DNA of 64,000 bases from Azolla caroliniana (Eukaryota > Plantae > Polypodiophyta): contig JBHGNT010000013.1 of assembly GCA_043228905.1 (NCBI GenBank), positions 20,956,001 to 21,020,000 of the forward strand, given 5' to 3'. Both the position numbers and the translations under genes were made by a program. Position 1 is the first letter of the stretch, and each line of letters opens with the position of its first letter. This document shows, in pieces, positions 13,744 through 27,619 of the stretch. The notes beneath the pieces are model-generated. The model was not told the origin of the DNA, made no database searches, and was given only the letters and a program-made list of their open reading frames with translations.

Positions 13744-16700
13744 TGTTAAGAATTAGGTAATTAAGCAAGGGTTAATAAGTACCTAATTATGTGATTAAGT
13801 TAAGCGGAAGATTAAGTGATATGTGTGTGTATGTGTGTGAGAGGAAGAGAGAGAGAAGTACACTTATGAGCAACACAGATGGGGGATGATTAACTCTAAA
13901 TTAAATTAGCAGTATCATCATCAAATACAAAAATACCTACAATGAGGTATATATCGATCTCATGTGCAAGGGTGCACATGTGTGAGGATATTATAGGTAC
14001 AAAAGTGTAAGTCCTATATTAAATGTACTTGGGAGTGGAGGATCTAGAATATCCCACTTAAGTACAAGGTGCTAGTTAAGGCGTTATAGTCAACACTTCT
14101 AACTAGATTCGATCTAGGTAACTATGAAGTCACATGGTTGACTAACTAACTAAACTAAGTTGAGGTTGATCTTTCAACACGCCCCCTTAAGCTCAAGTGT
14201 AAGGCGTCCGACATCCAGTTCTGCTTTTGGCGTTGTCCGGCTTTTGATGTCGGCTTTTGTGCAGCTTCTGTCCGACCTTCAACTTTCTTCCTTGTGGCAA
14301 TCTCGGGTCCTCCCCCCCAAGCCGGTTGCGAAGGCTTGTAGTGTGTGGGCGAAGGCCGACTACTTCCACCCATCGTGGGGTACGAGCCGCTTCGGTGGAG
14401 CTCTTGGGCTCTTGTTTAGCCGCTACCTTCCTCGTGAAGGCATATTGATGGGCCATGTACTCGTTGTAGTTGAGCCGAGTGACAGGGTTCTTAGCTCTAG
14501 ATGAGCGTCGAAGTTTTTCGCCCGCTGATGTGAGCGCCTTCTTTACTCCGGGTGTTCGCATGATGGGTACACCAAACTCAATGTCTAGTGAGCGAGCCGA
14601 CACATCCGAATCACTGTCGTCTAGGTGGTCGACTTCGTATTCGGGCATCTTACCTTTGCCTTTTCCCAAGGTACTACTTGGCCGCGATGCGCTTGGGTCG
14701 CGCAGGGGCTCTTGTGGCCTATTAAGCCTTGTCGTAATCGGACTTTCTTCGAACATATGTTCAAAGTGATCTCCATCTTCTACCTCTTGTTCGGCAGATT
14801 TCAGGTCGAGTGGAGTGAGAGTTGAAGTTGTCTCCAGTGCATACCAGGATGCGGACTCGTCGAAGACTATGTCTCGACATACCCGAACCGGTCGGGTAGA
14901 AGGGTTGTAGCACTTGTATGCCTTCTTCTTGGACGAGTATCCTATGAGGATACATTCCTCCGACTTCGCATTGGGCTTTTGTCATTGTTTGTTCGGGATG
15001 TGTACATTTGCAATACATCATGAACTTCCTTCCGACGAGGAGCTCGTATGGAGCTAGCTCATGCACTCCATTAGTGGTGCATCGATTCATGAGATAGACG
15101 GCCGTGGATGCCCTTCGGCCCAATAGAAATTCTTCATGTGCTTCTCATGCATCATGGCGCGTGCTACCTTGAGTATTTTCCGATTCTTTCTTTCGGCTAC
15201 TCCATTTTGTTGGGGTGTGTGTCGGCACAAGAATTCTCTCTGAATGCCTTCATTTTTGAGGTAGGAGGTGAATTCATCGGAGAAGTACTCCTTTCCTCCG
15301 TCTGATCGTAGGCATCGAATGTGCCGACCGATTTCTTTTTCGACTTGTCCCTTGAGTTTTTGAAAATGGGAGAGCACTTCACTCTTCTTCTCCATCGGAA
15401 AGATCCACGTGTAGCGGGAGTAGTCGTCGATGAAGGTGACGTAGTATCGGCATCCGCCGATCATCGGCGTTTGAGCTGGTCCCCATACATCCAAGTGTAA
15501 GATGTTGAGGAGGCCTTTGCTTGTGGAGCTCATTTGCCGACCTTGTTCGGAATGGGAGCCCCCCCTTCTTTCAAAGGTTCCTTGATCATGGCTTCCGTCA
15601 TCTTGATGTCGAAGGTTTGAGCTCCCTTCGTGAGATGGGTCGAATCGACCTCTTCTACCGCCTCAACCTCGTCCTCGCCCACCATCCGAATTCGAGAAGA
15701 ACATTTGTCCTTCCGATGTCTTGGTTTTCATTTGGACATGGTTCTCTTCAACCATTAGCATTGATTAAAGGTCAAAGAACAAGGGAGAATTTTCCCTCAC
15801 CAAGGTTGCCGTCCTGAACGAGTTGAATCGTTGAGCGAGGCCGCCCAAGCATACTTGAACCATCTCGTCTTCGTCGACGTTTATTTTGATGGAGCCAAGT
15901 GAGTCACAAATGTTCTTGATCTTGGCGGTGTAGTCCGACACAGACATGTCTTTTTGCCGAATGTTCATCAACTCTTGTCGGAGTTGAAGCTTTCAGGCGG
16001 TTGAGTTGGCGGCGAACATTTTCTTTAAGTTCGCCCACGTTTCTTTAGGCGTCTTGGCGTTTCGAATGTGGCTAAGCATGTGGTCCTGGACACATGTTGC
16101 CAAGCAATACACAACTTGACTCACCTCTTGCTCCTATGCTGCGTAGTCGGCGTTCTTTGAGTTGGGTCGATTTTCTTGTGCGCCGTTGATGTAGCTCCAA
16201 TACCCTTGGCTGACAAGCTATTGGTTCATCTTGTACTCCCAAGATGAATAATTGCTTTGGTCTAGCTTTTCACTAGGGAGCGAGCTACCCATTTGTGTGT
16301 TCATTTTGATGTAGTGTTTTCCTTTTTCGATTTCCTTCGCTCAATCACTTACTCATGCTACGTAGCGGCACTACGGTAGCGGATAACTAGATTTTGCTGT
16401 CGGCGTCTCGAACACACAATCAAGGAGTCAGGTGGGCTTAGTGGATTTTCTAAACCACACTCTCTAATACTATGTTAAGAATTAGGTAATTAAGCAAGGG
16501 TTAATTAGTACCTAATTATGTGATTAAGTTAAGTGGAAGATTAAGTTATATGTGTGTGAGAGGAAGAGAGAGAGAAGTACACTTATGAGCAACACAAGAT
16601 GGGGGATGATTAACTCTAAATTAAATTAGCAGTATCATCATCAAATACAAAAATACCTACAATGAGGTATATATCGATCTCATGTGCAAGGGTGCACATA

Positions 16701-16869
16701 TGTGAGGATATTATAGGTACAAAAGTGTAAGTCCTAGGATATCCCACTTAAGTACAAGGTGCTAGTTAAGGCGTTATAGTCAACACTTCTAAGTAGATTC
16801 TATCTAGGTAACTATGAAGTTACATGGTTGACTAACTAACTAAACTAAGTTGAGCATGATCTCTCAACA
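13744..16869 (-). mobile_element. Internally deleted Ty1/Copia element; LTRs 13744-14179 and 16473-16869; TSD TTAAG
   Basis: TGT...ACA LTR pair; TTAAG both sides; PPT (CGCCCCCTT on +) beside left LTR; gag fragments and integrase (LHLDVWGP, LRSDGGKEY, PQQNGVAERKNR); no RT seen. Confidence 0.92.
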
Positions 16870-16874
16870 TTAAG

Positions 16875-18205
16875 TTTAAGAAACTTCAAAGTAGTGTATA
16901 TGATTCACTTCCTTGCAGATGTACTTAAAAAATCATGTCTACGTTAAGTATAGAATTCCAAATGGAATATGTGGATGTGACATGCATTGGAGGTTTGGCT
17001 ATGATAGCCATTGGGGAGATAGAAGAACAATTTCTGCATCATGTTATGATGGATCTCAATGGTTTTGAGAAGGATAGCAATAATTATCCAGTTATTCGGA
17101 ATATGGTCGAGAAAAAGTAGTTTTACGAGATGCCACAAAAGGTAATATGTATAAAAGCATCCTCATTGATAGAAGTATTGATGGCGAGGACTTAATTGAA
17201 GCCATACGATTCCAAACTTTGTTTTCTAAGCCAGTAATAGAGACAATAAAAAAGATGCTTCAAGATCCGGTGACTCTTTCAACATTGAAAATGGAAAATG
17301 TTATCACCAATGAACATGTCTACCAGATATACAAGCATTTTACTAGCACGAAAAACTATGGGTCTTAATGATTTGAAAACACTTGGAAATGTTTACGGCA
17401 TTAAAAAAATGATAGATGGGAAAGAAGTTTTTGCCATAATTGATAATGATAAATTGTATGATTAATATGCAATTTTCAAAAGGCAAGCTACCACGTAATG
17501 GCTTCAAAGAGATTTCTTAGATGTTTGGGGTATGATAAATTGTAAAGATGTGTGGAAAGAAAAGCTACCCGAGCTTCTAAAGCTTTCATTGATAGGGCTA
17601 ATTCAATGTTCTTCTATGGAAGCATGTGAGAGAGGCTTTAGTCGCCTAAATCTAATAAAAAATAAGTTCAGAAATAGCCTAAAAAGCGATATGGTTGATG
17701 CATTAATACGATTCTCTATTGAAGGACTTGAACTAGAAGAACATGACTTCAATGCCAACATTTAGTTGTGGTGAGAGAGCAAGGCATATCGTCATATTTT
17801 TACAGGAACTTCTCATGAAATAGAAGATGACTTCGAGGACTTCATAGAAGATATAGGTTGAAATTTTGTAGATTTGATCAATTTTGTTTTGAAACTTTAT
17901 ATATATTAGGTTTAATTTTATCTAATATGTTGTTAATGCTAGTTTACAAAGTTTTGAAATGTGAATTTTGTTTACAATGTTACTAAAGGTTTTTGGTAAA
18001 TATATATATTTAGTTTTTGGGATCCGAAATTTTGTGATTGATTTGATTTGGTGTTGTGCAGTATGTGCTAAATGTTTTTTATCAACATGTTCTGGTTGAC
18101 ATTGTCGCTAGTAGGAACGTGGCTAGTTGAAATTTTAAAATTCCAGTTAGGTTGATAAGAAGCATGAAAATTTCCAGTAGGGGCTAGAGACTTTGCCCAA
18201 CACTG
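16875..18205 (+). mobile_element. Decayed hAT DNA transposon 3' part (transposase pseudogene and right end); 5' flank probably ~13650-13743
   Basis: hAT dimerisation motif SSMEACERGFSRLNLIKNKFRNSL; possible TIR end ...GCCCAACACTG at 18205. Confidence 0.75.
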
Positions 18206-18469
18206 GTTGTGACCTTGTATTGAATTATACATGTCCTTGACGATTGTTGTAGATCCTACATTGCTCTTCAAGGCATTCCTAGGTATATATAGTTAGCATC
18301 AAATCTTGATAAATTTTGATCTCGTGTTATGATTATATGTCATTGGTAACAATTGACAACAATTCCGTTCGGTTCAAGAGTGTAAAACTCAAACCGTTTA
18401 AGAAATTTGAAACTTAAATTGAATTGAACTGAATCATGAAAGAATTTAAACTGAATTTAAACTGAACCA

Positions 18470-20980
18470 CGACGTAGGCTATGATATGAGCTAATAAAAT
18501 CTAAGATTTAAAATTCAAGCCAAAAGACATGAAGGAAAATGTAAAGTTGTGGTAGAAGTCATGCAGGGCCAAGCAAGAGTGCTGGCATAAATAAAAAAGG
18601 TCATGGCATCCTTATATGATATCGTATTTCAGAGTTCATACAGTTAAATCGAAGCCAACTATGTAGGATATGATATGAGCTAATAAAATCTAAGCTTTGA
18701 AATTCAAACCAAGAGACATGAAGGAAAATGTAAGGTTCTGGTAGAAGTCATGCAGGGAAAAACAAGAGAGCGCACATGAATCAAAAAGGTAATGGCGTCC
18801 TCAAAGGATATCGGATTTCCAAGTTCAAATAGTTGACTCGAAGCCCACGACATAGGATATATGATATGAGCTAATAAAATCTAAGTTTTGAAATTCAAGG
18901 CAAGAGACATGAAGGAAAATGTAAAGTTGTGGTAGAAGTCATGCAGGGACAAACAAGAGCGCCCACATGAATCAAAAAGGTCATGGTGCCCTCATATGAT
19001 ATTGGATTTCCGAGTTAAAATAGTTAAATCGAAGCCAACGACGTAGGCTATGATTTCAACTAACAAAATCATAGCTTTGAAATTCAAATCAAGCGACATG
19101 AAGGAAAATGTAAAGTTGTGGAAGAAGTCATGCAGGGGCAAGCAAGAGCGCCCACATGAATCAAAAAGGTCATGGCATCCTCATATGATATCGTATTTGA
19201 GAGTTCAAATAGTTGAATCGAAGCCAACTATGTAGGATATGATATGAGCTAATATAATCTAAGCTTTGAAATGTAGGCCAAGAGACATGAAGGAAAATGT
19301 AAAGTTGTGGTAGAAGTCAAGTAGGGGAAAACAAGAGCGCCCACACGAATCAAAAAGGTAATGGCGTCCTCATATGTTATCTGATTTCCGAGTTCAAATA
19401 GTTGAATCGAAGACAATGACATAGGCAGGCCATGATATGAGCTAATAAAATTGAAGCTTTGAAACTCAAGACAAAAGACATGAAGGAAAATGTAAAGTTG
19501 TGTTAGAAGTCAATACGGGGCAAACACGAGTGCCCACATGAATCAAAAAAGTCATGGAGTCCTCATATGATATCGGATTTCCGAGTTCATATAGTTGAAT
19601 CAAAGCCAACGACATAGGCTATCATATCAGCTAATAAAATCTATGTTTTGAAATATACGCCAAGAGACATGAAGGAATATGTAAAGTTGTGGTCGAATAC
19701 ATGGAGGGGCAAGCAAGAGTGCCGACATTAATAAAAAAGGTCAGGGCGTCCTCATACGATATCATATTTCCGAGTTCAAATAGTTGAATCAAAGCCAACA
19801 ACGTAGGCTCTAATATCAACTAATGAAATCTAAGCTTAGAAATTCAAGCCAAGAGAGATGAAGGAAACTGTAAAGTTGTGGTAGAAGTCAATCAGGGGCA
19901 ATCACGAGCGCCCACATGAATCAGAAAGGTCATGGCATACTCATAATATAGGATTTCAGAGTTCAAACAATGACTCGAAGCCAACGCTCTAGGCTATGAT
20001 ATGAGCTTATAAAATCTAAGCTTTGAAATTCAAGCCAAGAGACATGAAGGAAAATGTAAAGTTGTGGTAGAAGTCATGCAGGGGTAAAACAAGAGCGCCC
20101 ACATGAATAAAAAAAGGTAATGGCGTCCTCATATGATATCAGAGTTCCGAGTTCAAATTGTTGAATCGAAGCCAATGATGTTGGCTATGATATTAGCTAA
20201 TAGAATCGAAGATTTGAAATTCAAGACAACAGACATGAAGGAAAATGTAAAGTTGTGGTAGAAGTCAATCAGGGGCGAACACGAGCCACCACATGAATCA
20301 AAAAGGTCTTGGCGTAATCATATGATATCGGATTACATAGTTCAAATAGTTAAATCGAAGCCAACGAGGTAGGCTATGATATCAGCTAATAAAATCTATG
20401 TTTTTAAATATAGGCCAAAAGAAAGGAATGAAAATGTAAAGTTCTCATAGAAGACATGGAGGGGTAAGCAAGAGCGCTGACGTAAATAAAAAAGGTCATG
20501 GCATCCTTATATGATATCGGATTTCTGAGTTCAAATAGTTGACTTGAAGCCAATGACGTAGGTTATCATATGAGCTAATAAAATCTAAGCTTTGAAATTC
20601 AAGCCAAGATACATGAAGGAAAATGTAAGGTTGTGGTAGAAGTCATGCAGGGGAAAATAAGAGCGCCCACATGAATGAAAAAGGTAATGGCATCCTCATA
20701 TGATATCAGAATTCCGAGTTCAAATAGCTGAATTGAAGCCAACGACGTAGGCTATAATATGGGGTAATAAAATCTATGTTTTGAAATATAGGCCAAGAGA
20801 CATGAAGGAAAATGTGAAGTTGTGGTAGAAGTCATGCAGCGGCAAACAAGAGCGCCCACATGAATCAGAAAGGTCATGGCATCCGTATATGATATTGGAT
20901 TTCCAAGTTCAAATAGTTGAATCGAAGCCAACATCGTAGGCTACGATATGAGCTAATAAAATCCAAGCTTTGAAATTCGG
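18470..20980. repeat. Tandem satellite, about 13 units of ~189 bp
   Basis: CATGAAGGAAAATGTAAAGTTGTGGTAGAAGTCATGCAGGG recurs at ~18529, 18717, 18909, 19097 ... 20799. Confidence 0.95.
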
Positions 20981-21355
20981 CACATCCGAACAAGTGGGAA
21001 TGAGTGGTAGCGGCGCCAGAGTCAAGAAGGACAGAGCCGACCGGAAGGAGAAGGCCAAGACCCGGACAGGGTCTGATGTGGTGAGGGGCCTAAAACCGGA
21101 AGACGAGTTGGAAAACACCGACTCGGACAAGAGCGGGAACGAATCGGAGACAACCGATTCGCTTCAACAGTTGGATTCAGAGGAGCCGTATCAACTAAAG
21201 GCCAAGCGGACATGGATGCAGCGAAAGTCGACGCCAACATGTAGGAACCGACGGGTGGACAAGCACCGGAGTCGCAATAGCGAGGGAGGTGAAATGGGCA
21301 TGTTGAGGAGACAAGCCGATCGAGGAGGTCGAGGTGCGCAAAACCAGAAGGGTTG

Positions 21356-24300
21356 TGTCATGATATGGCAAGACTCGAACCCATGACCTTATGGTATATG
21401 GGTCGAGCTCTTAACCATCACACCATCTATTGTAATTCATAGGATATTATTTTCATTTATGTTTTATTATAAGAAAGTAATGTATATTCCAGATTTCTCT
21501 GGAACATTCTAGAAGTTTCAGGATTACTCTTGACATCACTATAAAAGAAGGCACTAGGCATTATGTTGAACCAAATTGGTTCAACGCCAGTCTTAAGCCT
21601 CTTAGCCGCTTTGTAGTTATCTTTTCACATAATATATTAGCTGTTGTCATCATCTTTCTCTCTCTCTCATCCTCGCTATCTCTCTCTCTCCTCTTCTCAC
21701 TTCCTCTCTCGGGAATCTCACGCAGTCCAGTCTTCTTAGTACTAATAGTACTTCCCTTCTTAGTACTAATTCCATCTCTGCTTTAGTACTATTCCTGACA
21801 GTTTGAACCAATTTTTTCCTTTCCTCCAGCCTACTTGTCGTTCTCCCTCATCCTCCTACCCTTTTCCCTATACTATGGCTACTGTTAGTGCCCAAGAATA
21901 TCAATCTGTTTTCTCCGAGTTACAGTGCCTAAAAGAAAAGTTTGTTGTCCTGGAACAAGAAAACCAATGGTTGATAGGGGATCTGCAACAAATCGCTCTC
22001 GAAAAACAACAAACACAACAACAACATGGGGAGTTAGCATTACGGGTACAACAACTCGAAGCAGCGTTGCAACAACAAGGATCAAGTCCCCAAGGATTTC
22101 ATAAAGAGCGCAAGATTGGACTTCCTGTGAAATTTGATGGAACGCGATCGCAATTCCGGGGATTCCTTAATCAGGTATGCTTAGTCATCCAGATGCATCC
22201 TTCCCGATATCCCACTGATGCATCTCGAGTCGCACTAATAGGCACGTTACTTAGCGGCTCAGCCTTGGCATGGTTCGCTCCGCTTCTAGAAAAACAATCA
22301 CCCTTGCTTAATAACTTTGAAGATTTTATTGGTGAGTTTAAAACCTGCTTTGGAGATACCGACAACATCAGGACGGCGATCAACAAGATCCGAAGATTGC
22401 GTCAAGGCGATCGTCCAGCCTCTGCCTACGCGGCGGATTTCCGTCTACTCGCCACAGATATTCCCTGGGATGATCATTCCCTCATGGAGCAGTTTCACTA
22501 CGGCTTGTGCAATGATGTCAAAGATCTGCTTTTAACCTTCCTCGAAGAACCAAAGTCTCTTACGGAGGCAATCAGTCGAGCGGTCCGATGCGACAACCGC
22601 CTTTTCGAACGGCGTTCGGAGCGTCAGTTACAAATACCACGCTCTCGGCCGGAACCCACATACGCCTCAGTCACGACTAAACCATTTGCACGCGATGTAC
22701 CTCAAGCCAATATTCCGACACCGATGGAGATCGACACCATGCGTCGACGCGGCCCGTTATCGGAAGAAGAAAAACAACGATGACGTGCCAATCGATTATG
22801 CCTTTATTGCGGTGGACCAGGGCATATCGCCATCAATTGTCCCCATAGGCCAAGAAGACAGGTAAATCAAATCGTCGCCTGTACTAAACCCGAGTCAATT
22901 CTTCCCTTCGGAGTGTCTGATAGTATTAATAGTACTAATAGAGTGTTAGATAGTATTCATAGTACTAATAGCCCAAGTATCTCAAACAAATTTGAAATCC
23001 TTAGTCAATTAGATGAAGAGTTAAACGATTGAGTCCAGCCAAAATAGGAGCCGTTTGGTTGGACAACAGCCCTAGATCTGTACAGCCCATTAGTGGTTCC
23101 ATTCCTTCCAAGCTAATTAGCAATGTGTTCCTAGCCCAAGTCATTGTTAGTACTAAAAGTACTCCCCCAGTACCCGTCCTAGCACTCTTAGATTCCGGGG
23201 CTAATTCTTGTTTCATGGATCGAAATTTTGCCCAAGCTTCTCAGATATCCCTAAGAAAACTTCCTTGTCCCGCATCTATAGTAGTCATTGATGGTCGTCC
23301 CATTGCTTCCGGGAATATTGTAGAAGAATCAGAACCCATTCAAGTTGTCCTAGGTAGTTTTGTGTGTGTAATATCATTTAATATAATTAGTAGTCCAGAG
23401 CATCCCATTGTCCTAGGATTACCTTGGTTTGAATTACATAATCCAGCCATAGATTGGAGAACAAGAGAAGTCCGATATCGACCACCCCAAGAATCTACTC
23501 ACCGAGTTTCGACCATTTCACTCCATCAATTACGTGATGAAGGACACAAGGAGGCAATGTTCCTATTTGCAATATCAGTACATCCTTCCAACACTATTAA
23601 GAAGGACTCCTCAGTACAACTTCCGGCAAAATATCATCCTTATGCCGATGTATTTGACAAGGTAAAAGCCGGTACCCTTCCTCATCACCGTCCCTATGAC
23701 TGTCCCATCGATTTACAACCAGGAACCGAGCCACCATGGGGACCAATTTACAACTTGTCACCCACTGAGTTAGAAGTCCTTCGAGCCTACATAGAGGAGA
23801 ACTTGGCAAGCGGGTTCATCCGTCATTCCAGATCTCCGGCCGGTGCACCCATCTTCTTTGTCAAGAAGAAAGATGGCTCACTTCGTCTCGTCGTTGGTTA
23901 CAGCGGATTGAATAAGGTCACCATCCGGAATAGGTATGCACTTCCTCTTATATCAAGTCTTTTAGAGCGAGTTAATGGTGCCTAGTTTTTTACCAAAATC
24001 GATCTACGAGGAGTGTATAACCTCGTGCGGATCAGACCGGGAGATGAATGGAAGACCGCCTTTCGCACGTGGTATGGGCATTTCGAGTATACTGTTATGC
24101 CGTTCAACCTAACCAATGCACCCACAGTCTTCCAACACATGGCAAATGATATATTCAAAGACCTCTTGGATATCTATTTGATCATCTATCTTGATGATCT
24201 ATTGATTTATTCGAAGACCCAGCAAGAGCACGATTCTCATGTACTATTAGTACTAAAGCGACTCCGCGAGAATGGTCTTTATGCCAAGTTAGAAAAATGT

Positions 24301-27058
24301 AGCTTTGCCTGCAAGCAAGTGGAATTTCTAGGCTACGTCATCTCCTCAAAGGGCATCGCCATGGATCCAGCTAAAGTCCAAACTGTACTAGAGTGGCAAA
24401 TTCCATGGTCGGTACGAGATGTACAATGTTTTCTAGGTTTTGCTAACTTCTACCGTAAGTTTATACAGGATTACTCGAAGATTATCTTACCCCTCACACA
24501 ACTTACGAAGAAGGGCCAAGCATTTCTTTGGTCCATTGAAGCAGATATGGCTTTTCGGCATCTTAAGAAAGCCTTTACATCAACACCGATTCTAGCTCAT
24601 GTGGATACTAGCAAACCATTCATCATGGAGGCCGATGCTTCAAATTTCGCCCTCGGTAGCATCCTTTCTCAACAAGGAGATAAAGAAGAGTTGCATCCGG
24701 TGGTTTTCCATTCGCGCAAATTCGATGTTGCGGAAATCAACTATGAAATACATGACAAGGAGTTATTAGCCATCGTGGATTCATTTGTGCAATGGCGGCA
24801 TTTCTTAGAGGGCTCTCCACATCAGGTCGTTGTCTTTAGTGATCATAAAAATCTTGCTTATTTCCAGAACGCTCGCGTACTAAATCGACAGCAAGCTCAG
24901 TGGGCGCAATTGCTCACGCGTTTCGACTTCAAAATCACATATTGACCGGGGAAGCAACATGGAAAAGCAGATGCACTATCACGGCGTTCATATCTTGCAC
25001 CTCGTCCTGGTGATCCAACATTTGATAATCAAAAGCAAGTAATCTTGGGACCAACACGATTGCACACGACGCGGATTTTTCACACCCCGATGGATTCACG
25101 GATTACCGATGACATACGTGCAAATTTGAAGACGGATAATTTTGCTCAAGACATCCTGGTGCACATTGATACTTCTCGGGCATCCTATTCTCAGTCTGAA
25201 CAACCAGGTATTTACTACGGACAATTCGAATATCATGATGGTTTGTTATTCTATTAAAAGCGCGTATATGTCCCCGATTGCTCCTGTCGCCTTCAAATCG
25301 TCTAGCATTGTCACGACACCCATACGGCGGGACATTTCAGTAGTACTAAGACGTTGGAGCTAGTGCAACGATCTTTTTGGTGGCCCCACATGCGCCGTTT
25401 TGTCGACGACTACGTTCGGACCTGTGATGCTTGCTACCGAGCAAAGATGGCACGACACCATCCATATGGCTTGTTGGAACCCTTACTGATTCCAAGTAAG
25501 CTATGGCAGTCTATTTGTCTTGATTTTATCATAGATCTGCCGGTCTCGCAGGGGTTCGATGCTATCTTAACCGTCGTCGATCGATATACGAAGATGGCAC
25601 ATTTTGTTCCGTGTACTAAGGCCATCACTAGTGAGGAAACCGCCGCCCTAGTCATGCGTGAGGTATTTCGGCATCATGGCCTCCCAGACAGTATCATCAG
25701 TGACCGAGGACCGCAATTTGTCTCCAAATTTTGGCAACATCTCTTCAAGATGCTCAAGGTCTCTTGCAACCTCTCCTCCGACTACCATCCTCAGACCGAT
25801 GGGCAGGCAGAACGAACAACCCAAACGCTGGAGCAATATCTCCGGTGTTTCCTGAGTTATCAACGAGATGATTGGGCCGAGATTCTCCACTTTGCGGGGT
25901 TTGCGTATAATAATGTTGTTCACTCCTCGACTCGAGTCTCCCCATTCTATGCTTATACCGGTTCTCATCCTCGCTGGTCGGTGATCGACACCCTGGAGCT
26001 ACCTACCAATCCTCGTGCCGGGGATCATTTGGAGAGACTACGCAAGATCCAGACAGATCTCTCGACTCAACTTCGTCATGCTCAACAGACACAGAAGACT
26101 TACGCGGATCGTCATCGGCTTCCCTCCTCTTTTGCCATCGGAGATCGAGTATGACTCTTACATCGTCACATCAAGACTACTCGACCGTGCGACAAGTTGG
26201 ATTATCGATGACTCGGTCATTTCCGTATTACGGGTAAAGTTAATCCTGTCACATTCCGCCTTGATCTCCCTCCGCAGCTTCAGATACATCCGGTTTTCCA
26301 TTGTTCTCTTCTTGAACCTTATAAAGCAAACACCATTCCCGATCGTGTTACACCACCGCCGCCCCCGCTGGAGTTGGATGCCGGCTTGGAGTATGAAGTT
26401 GATACCATCCTCGATTCCAAACTTATTCGCAACAAACTTTATTATTTGGTCGATTGGGTTGGTTATAGTCCGAGCGAAACGCACTTGGGAACCCGTCGAG
26501 CATGTTGCCAATGCTCAAGATCTGCTTGCTGATTTCCACCGAAAGTATCCGGACAAACCCGGTCCGCAATCAGCGCCGACTCGTTCCACTCGTCGTCGTT
26601 AAGGGGGAGATAGTGTCATGATATGACAAGACTCGAACCCATGACCTTATGGTATATGGGTCGAGCTCTTAACCATCACACCATCTATTGTAATTCATAG
26701 GATATTATTTTCATTTATGTTTTATTATAAGAAAGTAATGTATATTCCAGATTTCTCTAGAACATTCTAGAAGTTTAAGGATTACTCCTGACAACACTAT
26801 AAAAGAAGGCACTAGGCATTATGTTGAACCAAATTGGTTCAACGCCAGTCTTAAGCCTCTTAGCCGCTTTGTACTTATCTTTTCACATAATATATTAGCT
26901 GCTGTCATCATCTTTCTCTCTCTCTCATCCTCGCTATCTCTCTCTCTCCTCTTCTCACTTCCTCTCTAGGGAATCTCACGCAGTCCCGTCTTCTTAGTAC
27001 TGATAGTACTTCCCTTCTTAGTACTAATTCCATCTCTGCTTTAGTACTATTCCTGACA
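21356..27058 (+). mobile_element. Full-length Gypsy chromovirus (Tcn1/Tf1-like); LTRs 21356-21800 and 26614-27058; TSD GGTTG
   Basis: Near-identical TGTCA...TGACA LTRs; GGTTG both sides; PPT AAGGGGGAGATAG; gag with zinc knuckle, protease LLDSGA, RT YLDD, RNase H DAS, integrase SDRGPQF, C-terminal chromodomain (YEVDTILDSK...YLVDWVGY...WEP); several stops and frameshifts. Confidence 0.96.
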
Positions 27059-27619
27059 GGTTGCGGCAACCAGGACCGGACCGGACGAGGAGCGAGAACA
27101 AGGTGGAGTGATGCCAGAACGAGCCGGGTGGAAGAACCGGCTGCCACAGACACTAACACCACGATCTGACCTGAAGTTGAGCTTGAGGGGGAGTGTTGAG
27201 CGAGCAAGGTCAACTTGATCCAGATCGGGTGAATAAGCTTGAGGCGGATCGGCATCCGGGAGGATTATCCGGATCGGTATCCGAAAACAATCAGCCAGAT
27301 CGAGGAGACGGATCGGAGAGCCGGATTCGAATGGGAACCAGAATCCTAGTAGTAGCCTAGACTTCTAGGTAATTATTGTCTCGTAATTAGTGTCAGTCGC
27401 ACGTAGGAATATTGAAGTACCTGTCAATACTTCTGTCAGTCCTTTATGAACTTGTATAAATAGTGTTGTTATAGCATATTGTATGTACAGAGTTTCATAG
27501 TACTTTTCATTTTTGAATCTACGTTTAGGTTCTACTCTCTTTGGCTCTCCCCCACGTATACTCTCTGTGTGTTACTATCCGGCTGAGCCGGTTCTGTCTA
27601 ACGCTTCCGTACGCTAACA

